From the NCBI GenBank assembly GCA_958009085.1, contig OY253685.1:682001-746000 (forward strand): 64,000 bases of DNA. Reading direction: 5' to 3'. This document shows positions 1 to 12,700 of the stretch, one piece after another. The number at the start of each line of letters is the position of its first letter. Within the stretch, counting starts at the first letter, position 1. The DNA is from Protoeuglena noctilucae. Taxonomy: Eukaryota. Below the pieces are notes generated by a model. That model was not told the DNA's origin, made no database searches, and worked only from the letters and a program-made list of their open reading frames with translations. The position numbers and the translations under genes were made by a program.

Positions 1-96
1 GTCATGTCGCTCACCGTAACGTCAGACAAGAGGGGATAGGATCCAATAGGTTCTGACAGACTTAGCACACCCAGCGCTTTCTTCGCTGCTACCCAG

Positions 97-651
97 GTTA
101 CGAGATTTTCGAGCGGTCGATGCTCCAGGCCCCGCTCAGCAAGGGCGCGGAGGGACACGTGAGGCTGACCGTGTTCCGGCTGACCCGGGTGCTGGCGGTG
201 GCGGGGGTGGTGACGGGTGAGGGCTGCGGGAGTGGCAGGGTTGCAGAGCTTGCGCGCTTGTTGGCCGGCCTCTCACCAACTTGTCAACAAGGCTTGCAAC
301 ACATTCCTATCCTCCTGTGACCTGCTCCCTCGTTCCGCTGCCACTTCCAGGCCCCCACGTTCTCCGTGTCCCTCCCTGCACCCCGCAGCGTCGCTGTTCA
401 TCCCCTCTTTCGGGGCACTGATGGAGCTGATTGGGAGCGTGTCGTGTTCCACCCTCGCCTTCGTCATGCCACCCCTGATCGAGCTGGGAGCCAGCAAGAA
501 GGACCTGCCCATCCCCTCCATCATCCTGAACGTGCTCTACATGCTCGCGGGGGTGTACCTGGCCCTCACGGGGGTCGCCGATGCCGCAGCCAACATGTTA
601 TCGGCAACAGGCCACCATACCGCACCTGCCCCATCTGGCACCCACGCATAG
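97..651 (+). CDS. Amino-acid transporter (Aa_trans/AVT-like), last two exons; 5' part lies outside the window
   Basis: Exon from 97 (YEIFERS...RLTRVLAVAGVVT), GT-AG intron 217-388, then ASLFIPSFGALMELIGSVSCSTLAFVMPP..., the typical C-terminal TM motif (IP-F--L--LIGS---S-LAF--P) of AAAP/Aa_trans permeases; TAG ends at 651. Confidence 0.75.
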
Positions 652-1149
652 CCCAGCCTGGAGTGGGAGCGGTGGTGTGCACATCCGTGCGGTGTGCACT
701 TCTCGCCTGCCGCGTGCACGAGCATTGCGTCGGACCTTGTGTTTTGCTTGTCTCAGCGCCCATTGCGCACGCACCCAGCTGAAGCGTCGTTGTGGCGTCA
801 TATCAGCGCATGTTGCGAGTCCATGTTTCCGAGACGCCGCATCTTCTATCAGTCACGGCATCTATCATTTGTCACGAGAGTCAAGAGCTTAGGCACGCCC
901 AGTGTGTGCACCACATGCTCATCCCGCCTGTTGTCGGTGAGCCTCTCTTATCTCGCAACCCCTGGCGTGCAGCGCTGCTTGCTGTGGCATGGCACCACTT
1001 AGGTCGCCGAGCCTTGCAGGAGGAGTTGAACGGAAAAGGCTCAGATAGAGGACACTACTCGATTGAGGCGGCACCAGTCGCGTCAACATGTGGCATCACG
1101 TCACGACTAGTACCACTACTAAACACACATGCGATTGCCATGCAAGCAG

Positions 1150-2647
1150 TTAGGAGCGCTTGACGACCAGGACATCACCCCGGGAGTCCTCCGCAACCCT
1201 GCAAAGGCCATGGCACGGATAGCGCACATATAACAGACCCAGCCTCAAGACAGCCAATGACTCAGAGCCTGTTCTTGAAATGGACGCTGTTGGTATGCAC
1301 ATACGCAAGGGATGCCTGCTAATATGCACGTTCCACTATCTAGTACCATTTCACACTCTCATGCACTCACCGGAACGTGGGCCCCACGTACACGTTGTCG
1401 AACCACCCCTGGCCAAAGGGAGGGAAAGGGATGGTGCCCTGGGCGCGCTCGAGCCGCGCTGATGTGAATTTGAATTGCACTCTCTGGATGGCAGGGCAGG
1501 GACCGGGGATGGCTGTGCTGATGGTCGCTCATCCTAGCCAGTCAAATGAACCGTCACAAAGGTGGTCATAAGGACGGACAGCCAGTGACAACGAGCCCAC
1601 TAAGAGAGCACAGCACGTTTTGCGAGAGACCTAATCACCTGTGCGCCCACCAGTTCGATGGTGGAGTCGACAGCAAAGGCGCCCGTGGGTGGGAATGTGA
1701 TGAGGTTCTGCAGCGTCAGCTTCTGCGTGTCGATGCTCTGGTAGATGGGCCCTGCTTTTGTGCCGAACAGCCCCGCTTTCTCCACGATAAAGAGCGTCTC
1801 CTGTGCAGGGAAGGCATTACAGGTGCAGTGGGTGGGTTAGCTATAGGAGTGGAGTCGCTGAGCATGGCCACCGCAAGCCTGGTGGGCGTGAGTAACACTA
1901 GCATGGTCAGCAGCCATGGCATCCACACAGTCATGCCGCATCCACAATCATGGCATCAACACAGTCACGGTCATGCATCGCACATGGCCCAGTGCGACTC
2001 GCCTTCTCTGTGGTGTACAGGAGCTCCCACCGGGCACTCAGGTTCCCTGACGTGTCATGTCCCTCCGTCATCTCACGCAATGCCTTCACAGCCGCCCGCA
2101 CTCGTGCCTCCACGCGTGCCCTGTCCTGCAGAGGCCAGCGGGTGACGCACCATGCCCTCGATGCCCTCCCACCCAGGTCTCCCACCTGCGCGATGACTCC
2201 CTGCGTGTACGCGCACCTTCAGTCCGCGCTCCGAGCCCTCGATTGCCCCCACAATGTCGTCCACCACCAGCTCTGCACTCCCCGTTTTCGCCTCCTGCAT
2301 GCGCCGTAAGCAGGCGTCGTCGCTGTGGGCAAGCCAGCAAGCGCAGGCACGCAAAAGTATTTCTACACTCACGAGGCGAAGGGATCGTCGCGGCCTTCGT
2401 CGCGCCAATTGTTCCAAGGGCGGGGAGTGCCCGCAGAGGATGTGCATTCGCCCCGAATGCATGGGCCCCGGTGCGCGTCGGTGATGATGCGATGGATTGC
2501 AAGCACGGTGGTTGTGTGGCGGGCCCTCGCAGTGGATGAGGGCAACGCCAGCTCCAGCAAAACGCAGGAGCTGCGTGCCAGCGGGGTGCGTGAAGGTCGT
2601 ACGACGCGCCCTGGCTCGTCGCAGGTTCTCCATCTCCAACATAGCAT
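1150..2647 (-). CDS. FBN9: Plastid fibrillin/PAP protein, FBN9-like (start codon uncertain, 2447-2647)
   Basis: Spliced product ...IEGSERGLK|DRARVEARVRAAV...LSARWELLYTTEK|ETLFIVEKAGLFGTKAG...NLITFPPTGAFAVDSTIELVGAQ|RVQFKFTSA...PFPPFGQGWFDNVYVGPTFR|VAEDSRGDVLVVKRS* closely follows the recalled Arabidopsis FBN9 sequence (LLWTTEKEQLFIIEKAGLFGT...NVITFPPDG...LPPFGKGWFENVY). Introns include 1199-1370, 1484-1638 and 1801-2002 (GC-AG). Confidence 0.9.
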
Positions 2648-2880
2648 CGAATACTGCCCATCGCGCCCTCGCATCCGATCCCTCGTGCGTGCCGGGGGGA
2701 CCTGCAGCTCGGCGCTGCGTGGTTGGGCCCGGGGGAAGGTGACGGGTCGCCGGATTCTCTCGAATGCGTGCTGAGGGCGTTTTATTGTTTGTAAATAATG
2801 CCGGGAGGCTGCTGGATGCTTGCCCCTGGTCCTGCGCGCCACAGCACGGAGCTCTGCCTCGGGCTCCGTGTCGCGCAGAG

Positions 2881-4249
2881 ATGAACGGCTTTATCGAGTC
2901 GCGGGGGTGCTCCACGCCGGGATGCTGCAACCAGCTGTCGCTCAAGGCCGCCGCATGCGGCGAAACCCTATGCACGTCGTGCAGCATGGGCCTGGCACCG
3001 AACAACTCCGGCCGACAGCAATGTGCGAGGCCGGGATGCAACAACTATCTCTCGAACAAGGTCATCGCAACGGGCCACACGCTGTGCAGCTCATGCGCGA
3101 TGGCCGCGCTTCTGAGTGAACGGGCAAAGGTGGGCAGCCGGATTATGGTCGCGCTGTTCTTGATGCGTCGCAGCGCACAGACCAACGGCGTTCGTTCCTT
3201 TCCCGCAGACGGCCCCAGCGTTCAGCGCCGCGACCTCGCAGCCACCGGCGCCGGCGGCGTCCAGAAGCGCAGGAGCGCCCGTAGCGCGGCAGCCCCCGAC
3301 TGGCGCTGGCACTGCCAGCCTCGGCCAGTGCCAGGTCCCGGGGTGCTCGAACAGCATCTCGGTCGCCGCCCTGTCCATGGGCGCCACGCGCTGCGTTGCC
3401 TGCTCGATTGCGAGGCATCCTTCCGTCCCGACCACCGCCCCGCCCTCCGCCCCGGCCGTCACCACGCCCGCCGCCATGCTCCATGACGCCCGCGCGCAGT
3501 GCGAGGTGCCCGGGTGCCACCACTTCCTCTCCGCGCGTGCCCTGGCCATGGGCGACACCAAGTGCGCGTCCTGCCAGGCCGGGAAGGCGCCCGGCCACAG
3601 CCACCGAGTCACGTGCAGCCAACCGGGGTGCAAAAACTTCGTGGCTGACAAGCGGCTGGCCATGGGCTTCACCACGTGCACCTCCTGTGCCACCTTCGAG
3701 CAACTCCTGGCCAGAAACGCCTTGGTGCCACCCACGGCGCAGGCGCGGCAGGTCCCCGCCCCGGCGCAGACCGCGCCGGCGCCGAAGCCCGCGCTCCCGC
3801 AGGGGTCGCGCCCCATGTGCGGCAACGAGGGGTGCAACAACCTGCTCAGCGACCGCATCCTGGCGGCGGGCGGCACCCTGTGCTCGCAGTGCGCGAGCAA
3901 CGACGGGGCGGTGATGCAGAGGCCCGTGTGCGCGCGGTTCGGGTGCCAGCAGTTGATTGCCAACGCGGCGTACGCCGCGGGCGCCCGGATGTGCACCACG
4001 TGTACCTCTGCGGCGCAGTCGGGCGGCGGGCAGCGTGTCTCGGGCGCCCCTTGCGCCATCCCCGGGTGCACGGGTGTCGTCCCTGCCGGCTCCTCGGCGC
4101 TGGGGCAGCTGTACTGCACGGGGTGCGCCAAGGTGCACGGGACTGCGGAGCCCCTGCGCGTGGAGTGCGCGCGGGAGGGGTGCGCGAACCTGCTCGACGC
4201 CGAGAGGGTCGCGAAGTGCCAGCTGTTCTGCAGCGCGTGCGATGCATAG
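2881..4249 (+). CDS. Protein with nine tandem C-x4-C-x15-C-x2-C putative zinc fingers
   Basis: ATG 2881 and a phase-0 GT-AG intron 3130-3208 join two Cys-rich ORFs in frame (~429 aa). Nine motifs have identical Cys spacing. Confidence 0.8.
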
Positions 4250-4412
4250 CGAGGGGCAGAGCTTGCGGGTGCTTGCTTGCCCCGCAGTGCGAGTGCGGTG
4301 CCTAGCGAGGTGTGGGGCTTGCGGGTGCTTGTTCGGGCCCCATTGCATGTCGAGTAGTCGAGGTTGTTGTCATGCCAGCGTGTGCGTTCAATCGATCGCG
4401 CCACGTGCCACG

Positions 4413-4957
4413 TCACACCTCGTCTTCCGTAAGCCTCATGTTGGGCACCCCCTTGTGCACTGCGAACTTGCGACCCGTCTCGGGACACACCAGCGCGCCC
4501 TCCACGAGCTGCAGCTCCAGGAGAGCATGGTGGAACTTCCTGCAACCACGATACATGACAAGTGCGCTCGGTTTCCCAAGACTCAAGGCGCAGACAACAA
4601 TTTGCAAACAGTCTCTGATAGCTCCATTCTCACTTGGCGAAGTCGGCGTCGTCCAGCATCGCCGCGGTCGCCTGCTCGGGCAGCTCGGCATACCCCAGGT
4701 CCCGCGCCCCCTGCACCAGCGCGCCCCAGTGGATGCGGTCGAACATCCGCCTCAGGAACTCCAAGTCCAACTCGGTCTCGATCTCCTGCAAGCGCCGGCG
4801 GGACGCGCCCGGTTGCGCCGGCCGCGGTGGAGCCAAGCGCGCGGTAGGGCAGCCTCGCGCCCCGCACCTTGACCTCCCCGACCTCAATCTTGTGAGGAAA
4901 CCCATTCTGCACGCCCTTGACGTGGCAGCGAAGAAGGTTGTGCAAAAGCAGCTTCAT
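4413..4957 (-). CDS. TRM112: Methyltransferase activator Trm112
   Basis: MKLLLHNLLRCHVKGVQNGFP...|EIETELDLEFLRRMFDRIHWGALVQGARDLG...|KFHHALLELQLVEGALVCPETGRKFAVHKGVPNMRLTEDEV*: hallmark Trm112 N- and C-termini; two introns. Confidence 0.95.
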
Positions 4958-5960
4958 TTCTCCGCCCCCAAAGGGAAGCCGCCACCGTCCTGCCCTGCCC
5001 CGCCGGCGAAAGCGAAGGTCGTCTGAAGTGGCACCCTCCTTAAGTGGCACCCTCCTTTAGTGAGACCTTGGGTCTGGAGCTCCCAGTCCGTCGTGACGCA
5101 GCGCGCGTCGGCAGGCCACAATCGCAGGAGCACGGCCGGGCTGTGTTTGGCCTCTGCGGTGCTCGAATGATCTCTCCGACGCCAAGTGCGTGCCGCGGCA
5201 GCAAAGATAAGAGCGTGCATGCGATGGATGGCGCAAGAGAGCGGTTGAGCCTGAGTTTGTGCCGCACGCCTTGTCAGTAACAACCAGGCGCGCTCGTTGC
5301 GCGCCCCAGGCGCCCCGGGAGGTCACTTTGCGATCGCCTGCCGACCTCGCTCCCCGCACAAGCGGCCTCTCGTTGACTTCTCGTCGGAATAGCGAGCCCG
5401 AGTGTTCGCTGACCTGGACAGGCGATCCCCCCCGCGACGCCGTCGCCCGACGCTTCGTTATATCTCCTGGATGTCCGCCAGCGGATTCTCTGCGGCCAGG
5501 TGGGGCCCCCGCGGCATGCAGCGCCCTCACACCCTAAATTGCGCCTTCAAAGGCACGCCTTGGATCGTGACGCGCTGTCGCCTGCCCGCACGATGCCGTA
5601 CCGTGCTTATTTTGCGCGGCGCGACCCCGCACGACTCGCTGGACGAGATACTCTTTCGTATTTTTGAACGGGCATCGGCGAATCGCCCGCGCGCCCGCGA
5701 TCGGGCTTTTCCAGGCGCCGCCGATCACTCTTGCGGGTGCTTTTCAAACCACGATTGCTGCCTTGCGGCGGATGTCCGGGTTCCCCGCGCCGGGCGATGC
5801 CCCTCCCTTGCAATGTGCAAGGGGCTCGCAGTCCGACTCGCGTGGGGAGATCCGCGCTTTGCTGACTGCGCCCCTGCATTCTTTGTTGTATCAAGCGGGC
5901 TTTCCGCGCTGCGTTTTCGTCGAAGACATGCCGCCCTGCGAACACAGCCGCGGGGGGGGG

Positions 5961-6821
5961 ATGCTCCTGCGGGAATCCCGGCCTTGCGGGCCTTGCGGGC
6001 CCTCGCGCGTCCGCTGGTCGCCCCTCCCGTTCCAGTCGATCGAGGGACGTGCCCACCGCTCCCCTGACTGCAGCGCCGCGTCCGCTCGCGTGCCCATGAC
6101 CGTCCCCGTCCGCCCAGCGTGGCGCCCGAGGTGAGTCGCCGCTTGCCCGGCAAGGCAACGCGTCCGCGTGAAGCTCGCACAGCTGCCGATGCCATCGCGA
6201 CCCGCGCCCGCTCGAAATATTCGCCCGCGTGCCGAGGAGGGGCCGGCGCGGGGCTCCCGCCCTTGGAGCCCTCGACCGGCGGAGCGAGCTCATGACTGCC
6301 CCCGCCGACGCCCCGACGTCTCTATTCCGAGCGCAGAGTCGCGCCTCGACGCTGTCCGACCGCCCCGCGCGCCGCGTCCGTGACGCTCAGCCCCATGCCT
6401 GCGCCGGGGGACTTCGACCACCGCGAGCGCGGCGCGAGCGCCTCCGAGGGCACCATCGTCCAGGACGACCTCGAGGCGATGCTCACGGTCCTCCCGGCCG
6501 ACATCCGCGGCCACCTCCGCACCCACCCGAACCGCAACGCGCTCATTGAGATCGTGCTGGACCTCGGCCGCCGCCCGGAGGCGCGTTTCCAGGGCCTGCC
6601 CGGCGGGATCGTGCTGCGGGAGACGGAAGTCACCAAGGAGGACCTCAAGGCCGCAGGTGAGCGCGCAGCGTCGCGGGGGCGGGCCGCGGACAGCTGCACA
6701 CGCGCTTTGCCAAAGCACCCGCGGCCGGCACTCGCTGCGGGCGCGATACGCCCCCGCCGTGCCTCCCGCGCAGAGATTGCGCTCGGTACGTTCGGCGGGG
6801 ACAACCGCGCGGGGCTCGAGG

Positions 6822-6856
<35 letters not shown>

Positions 6857-8983
6857 CGCGGCGCCATCGTCGGCCTCACGTGCCGCGTGGGGCGCACCGG
6901 TGAGCGTCCCTCCCGTAGCTACGCGATCTCCGCATGTCTCCCTTCGCTCCCGCGACCAGCGCCGCGGCTGAGGACGCCTGCGCGCGTCGCTCGCAGCGCC
7001 TTTGTGCTTGCATGATAGGTTTGCGTCTCCCAGCCCGTAATGCCTGCCTCCGCCCCTCCCGCCCTCGCAGTGACGGGTCAGATCGACATGGTCCGCGACC
7101 TTCTCGAGACCCCCAACTCGATCCTCTTCCTGGGCCGCCCCGGCGTGGGCAAGACGACCGTCATTCACGAGTTGGCCCGCGTCCTGAGTCAGGACCTCCG
7201 CAAGCGCGTGGTCATCTCGACACCAGTAACGAGATTGGCGGCGACGGCGACGTGCCCCACCCCGCCATCGGGGCCGCCAGGCGCATGCAGGTGCGATACG
7301 GCTGCACTACGGTGGCTGGGCTGGCATGGTTAGGCTGAGAGTGCATGTGTGCCGACCACGTTACTCTTACTCATTCAACGACTCCCGCCACGACACCCTG
7401 ACCCACAATACCTCACCCCACCCTCTCCGTCATGCGCACCCTCACCCCCTCTCTCCGTGCACCACGACCCCCTCCCATCCACCCACCTCATCCACCCCCA
7501 CCCTGTCCCCCCAGGTCCCCGACGTCTCCCAGCAGCACCGCGTCATGATCGAGGCCGTCGAGAACCACATGCCCGAGGTGGTGATCGTGGACGAGATTGG
7601 GACGGAGGAGGAGGCGCTCGCGTGCCGGACCATCGCCGAGCGGGGCGTCATGCTCATCGGGACGGCCCACGGGCAGCTGCTGGAGAATCTGATCAAGAAC
7701 CCCACGCTCACGGACCTCGTGGGGGGCATCTCTTCGGTTACTCTGTCGGGTGAGTAGTGGGTGGAGGCGGTGGGGGATGCTTATTGTTGTTGAGGTGCTT
7801 GTTGAGGATCAGAAGAAGCATTTTGTGGGCCATTTGCGGCTGTCACTTCATCCGTCAATGAACAGGCATGCATGCCCAGTCAACTACCACGCACGCTTTA
7901 TCAACCGTCACGCGCGCATGCCCCGGCATTCACCCCCACCTGTCAATCCCCGCAGACGAGGAGGCGCGTGCTCGCGGCACGCAGAAGAGCGTCCTGGAGC
8001 GCAAGGGCCCTCCCACGTTCCCCCTGGTGCTGGAGATGCGGGACCGGGACATGTGGGTGGCCCACTGGGTCGAAGACTCCGTCGATGCCCTCCTGCAGAG
8101 CAAGTGCCCCGTCGTGCAGGTGAGGGGATGAACAGGGTGATGCAACGAACGGCTTGCATGCGCATGGCCATGGAGCTGTGCCTGGTGTTCGCATGGCTGT
8201 GGCTGGTGGTGTCGTTGGCAAGGCAGGCGCTCGCCCTTCACCGCAACTGCCCCTGCCCGACTACACATATGCTCACCCACACCGAGTGCCCACACCGGGC
8301 GCGTTCCGTACATGCCTCTAGTCCACGCTTTGATTCTCCACATTCCCCGCCCCCCCCCCCCCCCCCCCTCATCCCCCCAGGTCCGCTCCCGCGACCGCGC
8401 CACTGGCGCCGTGTCAGTGTCGGAAACGCGGTACGATGCCGCCGAGGATTCCCTCTGCTACGACGACGTGGCGACGTTCGGGGAATATGACGAGGCCGCG
8501 GGAGGGTACGCGCTGCGGGGCCAGGGCCGGGGCTCTGATGGTGGCAGCGGGGGCGTGTGGCGCGGCACGGTGCGGGGGCCGGCGGGGGCGGCGTGGGAGG
8601 CCCAGGCAGCCGCGCAGCGCATGGCGGGCATGTCGGACCAGGACGCGCTGCACGTGAGTCACAACATCGCAATACGATATCGTGTCGTGTTGCATGGCAA
8701 AGAGGGACGGTTGATATTGATATTGGGTGTGTTCGCGGCAATTGGCATCCCCGCCACACTGCGCCTGCCCAACCCCAAACCCCCACCCCACCCTGCGATT
8801 CGATCCCTTTCCCCCTTCCCCCCTTACCCGCAGCACCTGGCTTCCATGGGCCTGGCCGGTCCCTCTGGCGCTGGCACTGGCACGGGCGCCTCTCGCGCTC
8901 GCGTCTTTGCGGGGGGTCCGTCCCAGGGCGGCCACGGCAGGCGCACACGGTCAGGGGCAGCCGCCGCCAAGCGCAGGGGATGA
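5961..8983 (+). CDS. ycf45: Ycf45-like (SpoIIIAA-related) P-loop ATPase, multi-exon; apparent 1-nt frameshift near 7216; start and last exons uncertain
   Basis: Motifs [46 protein letters not shown], Walker [48 protein letters not shown] and LIGTAHG...[10 protein letters not shown], joined by GT-AG introns. Confidence 0.85.
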
Positions 8984-9220
8984 GAGGGTGTCTTTGAGAG
9001 TGTCTCTGAGGGAATCAGAAGGGAGTGCCAGAGAATCAGAAGGAAGTGCCTCTGAGGCTCACCCTGAGTGTTTCTCTTGGAGTATCTGGGAGCCGCTCTG
9101 AGCGTCTCCTGGAGTGTTCTCTGAGAGTCACTTTGAGTGTTTCTCTTGGAGTGACTATGAGGGTGTCAAGACAACCTCAGAGAGTCTCTCTGTGTGTCTC
9201 TCTGAAAGTCTCTCTCGATA
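8984..9220. repeat. Degenerate low-complexity GA/CT-rich tandem repeats
   Basis: Repeated gagtgt(c/t)tct/ctgag units; gaatcagaagg(g/a)agtgcc twice (~9012, ~9033) and tcac..tgagtgtttctcttggagt twice (~9059, ~9128). Confidence 0.6.
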
Positions 9221-9768
9221 CACCGGGCAGTGCGGCAGCAGCAACGCAAGGTTGCTACCCCGCACAGTGCCCACCCCCCCCCGCAGACATCGCACCCTAA
9301 ACAAAGCCCCCCGCCTCGCTTGTTCTGTTTCCCTAATGTCCAACGACGATATAATCGTATCATCACGGGCGGCCCGGTGCCATCACCGCTTTTCTTTAGT
9401 TCTATGGCTGTGTGTCTCATGTCGATAGGGGATTGGCAAGTCTTAGACTAAGCCCCTCTCGCGCCTAGACCCCAGCTGCCCCCCTCGTCAGGACGACCCA
9501 CTTAGGCGTCGTTTCGTCGCTTGCTATTTGCGACAATGCCCTTTTTCACACAGCGAGCCTTTCCTACAGATGGGGTTGCAAGAAAACGGCGCCCCGATGT
9601 TTGAATCCACAATTCATCACACGACACCGGCCACTATCATGTGGGCCGAGAGCGCGAGTGTCACAATAGAAACGGCATAGTCGGCGACTGCCACGCAGCA
9701 GCTACCATTGGCTATCCATGCCACGCCACGCCATTGCGCCTCACCACCCATCCCTCTCTACTCATCCC

Positions 9769-12700
9769 CTACCCATCCGCCACCACCAACCCCGACGTCA
9801 TCTCCTGCAGGAACAGCCCCGGATCTCCCGCCATCTCCTCGGCCAGACCCTCATCGTCCGTCCGCACCGCCACCGTCACCGCATGCACCAGCCCCGCCGG
9901 CCTCACATCCCCCATCCCCATCCCCATCTCCCCAGCCGCCGCGCCAGAGGGAATGCCCGGGAGCCTCGCACGCGGCCCGTCTAAGTCATCCCGGTCCTTT
10001 ACGCCCCCTCTGGGGCTGCCTAGGGTGTCCAGGGATCCCCGGGCAGTGCCGGGGTCGGCCGTCGCATGGGTGGGGGCGTGGGGGGTGGCATGTGCACCAA
10101 CACCGTGTGCTGCGCGCCCCCGGGCGGCTAAGAGGCGCGTGGCGGTGAGGGTTAAGAGTAGGGTGCCCCCCGCCCATGTTTGGCAGGCAAAAGTGAGGGT
10201 CATGGAGTGGCCGGCGTGGGAGGCGTGGGCGGAGGCGAGCGTTAAGGGGCGGTGGCGGAGGGTGGCGAGCAGCTGCGGGGGAGGGTGAGTGGGGGTGAGG
10301 AGGTGTGTGAATGAGGGGAGATGTGGTTGGTTTGTATGAGAGGTGAGAGGTGGGTGGGGCGGGGGGGGGGCTTTGCGGGAGATGGTGGGTGGCGGTGGTG
10401 GGGCTGGCAGACTGAGTTGGCATGCAGGGAACACTCGCGATCGTCGACATCTGAAAATCAGTCGCACTCACACCGTCACCCGCACTCACCAGGGGCAGGA
10501 AATGTGTCGAGGACGCGCACGACACCCCCCTGAGCGTGGCCCGGAGTGGCAGGGCGTCCCACAGCAGCCGAAACGTCTCCGCTGGCATCGCGCCAGAAAC
10601 GGGTCGCAGCATGGCGGTGAGGGGCATGGCGAAGGACCCGCAGGCGAGGGCGTAGCGCCAGGTGGGGCGGGCGGTGGCGGAGCCGGGGTGGGAGCTGCGT
10701 GTGAAGGGGAGGGGGGGTTGGTGGCAGGGAGGTAGTTGGGGGGTGCAGGTGTGCGGGTGTGGGGGAGGGCGAGTGGGCTGTGGTGGGCGGTGGCGGAGCC
10801 GGGGTGGGAGCGAGGGGAGGGGGGGGGGGGGTTGGGTTGTAAGAGGGGTGCGGTGGTGAGATGTGAGAGATGGTGAGTGTGAGAGATGGTGGGTGGTGGC
10901 GGAGCTGGGGTGGGAGCCGCGGGGAGCGAGGGACGGGGAGGGGAAGGAGGGCTGAGAAGATGGGTGCAGGTATGGGGATAGTGGGAGAGGGCGAGTGCGT
11001 GTGATGTGGTGGGTAAGCTGACCATGATAAACATGCACATTGGCCATATATAACAATAGCCATGCGTTATATGACGATTAAGAGCTCCTCGCAGCCCTCT
11101 CGCCTCTCCGCCACCGTTGCAGGCCCCGCCACCACCCCCGACCCCCTCCCCCCGCTCGCCCCCAGCCCGCTGCTGTGGGTGCTGGTGAGCCCCGTGTCGC
11201 GAGGCGTGGCTTCCTCGGCGTCCCAGTCGATGTAAAAGGAGGCCCGGACGCGGCACGAGGAGCGGACCTGGGGGGTATGGGAGAGGGGATTGGGAGATGA
11301 GGGATGTGGGATTTGAATGAAGCGTGAGGGGTGCGATATGCGGAATTGGAATGACTGAACTGACCATGATAAAGCAATGCGGACCCCACGCCTAGAGTTG
11401 CAGTTCTGAAGTCGATATCTTCAGAGCCACGACATGCACCCCCAACAAGCCCATCACATACAATACAACACACGCCCATCAACCCCCCCACATCCCTCAC
11501 CTCCAGATGCAGCTCCGTCGCCGCCTCGTCCCTCGCCCCCAGCAGCGGCAGCGCCCACACCGCACTCGGACCCAGTCCCAGGTTCGCAGCCGCAATGGCC
11601 CCCGGCAGCCCCACGCGCACCGCCATGTTGGCAATCGGCACGTCCAGTCGGTTAATCACACGGAGGGTCAGGCGCACGCGGCAGAGGTCTGAGAAGGGTG
11701 GGGGATGGGTGGATGGGGGGTTGTTGGTATGGTATGTGATGAATGGACGCGGCACAGGTCTGAATGGGTGGGGGTGGATTGGGGGGTGTTGGTATGTGAT
11801 GGGGATGGGGAGAGGTGGCACAGGTCTACGGGTGCAAGTGGCTGGCGATGCAGCCACCACCATCCTGTCTTGCAAGCTGCAAGCACTTTTGCCCTCATCC
11901 AAACAGCCCCGCCCCACGCCCCAACCACCCCTTATCTCCTTATCTCCCCAATGCCCATACCCTCACCGGGCATGACCTCGCCAGAAACCTCCACCCTGAC
12001 GGGGTCCCCCACGCCTGACACGGGCACACTGGCAGGGCCTGACTCGGCGCCCAGGGCCGCGTCGCCGGGGCCAAAGAGGCAGCCCGCCAAGTCTATCAGA
12101 TTGGGATCATCCATCTCTGTTGACATGAGCTGCGGGATGGGTGAGCAAGTGAGTGGGTGGGGAGTGAGTGGTGAAGTAAGTCGTGCATGAGGGTGGGGTG
12201 AGAGAGTGGTCAATCAGGTGGGGGTCGTCCATCTCTGTTGATAGCAGCTGCGGGTGATTGGTGGGGTGAGTGGTGGGTGGGTGGTTACATGGTTATTGAG
12301 ATGCGGGTCGTCCAGCTCTGTCAATAGCAGCTGCGAATGGGGTGGGTGGTGGGTGACTGGGGGTGCGAGGGTGATGGGTCGTGAGTGTGGGGCAAGTGGC
12401 AGTCTCAGCGCGCATAACAATGCTGAGAAATGACTTGTGACACTCATCACACACAACCCCTCTCTCACCAGCCTGCGCATGCTGACCCCCCCCACCCGCG
12501 ACGTCCCGTCCAAGAGCGCCAACACCGCGCGCGAGCGACTCAGGCCGCGCAGAGAGCGACGCTCGCGCTCCCAGTCCGTCTGGGCGGAGAGAGAGTTGTT
12601 ATGATGATGAGACAACGTTGCATTAGAAAGACACTACATTATGAATAGTACTACTATTATCGCACACCCCTCGACATCACCCCACCCCACCCCTAACATC

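Noticed and set aside
4954..5283. Upstream ORF whose TGA overlaps the TRM112 ATG (ATGA), plus a 16-bp tandem repeat at ~5027-5060
   Set aside because: The ORF has no ATG start or recognisable content, and such overlaps arise easily by chance in GC-rich DNA.
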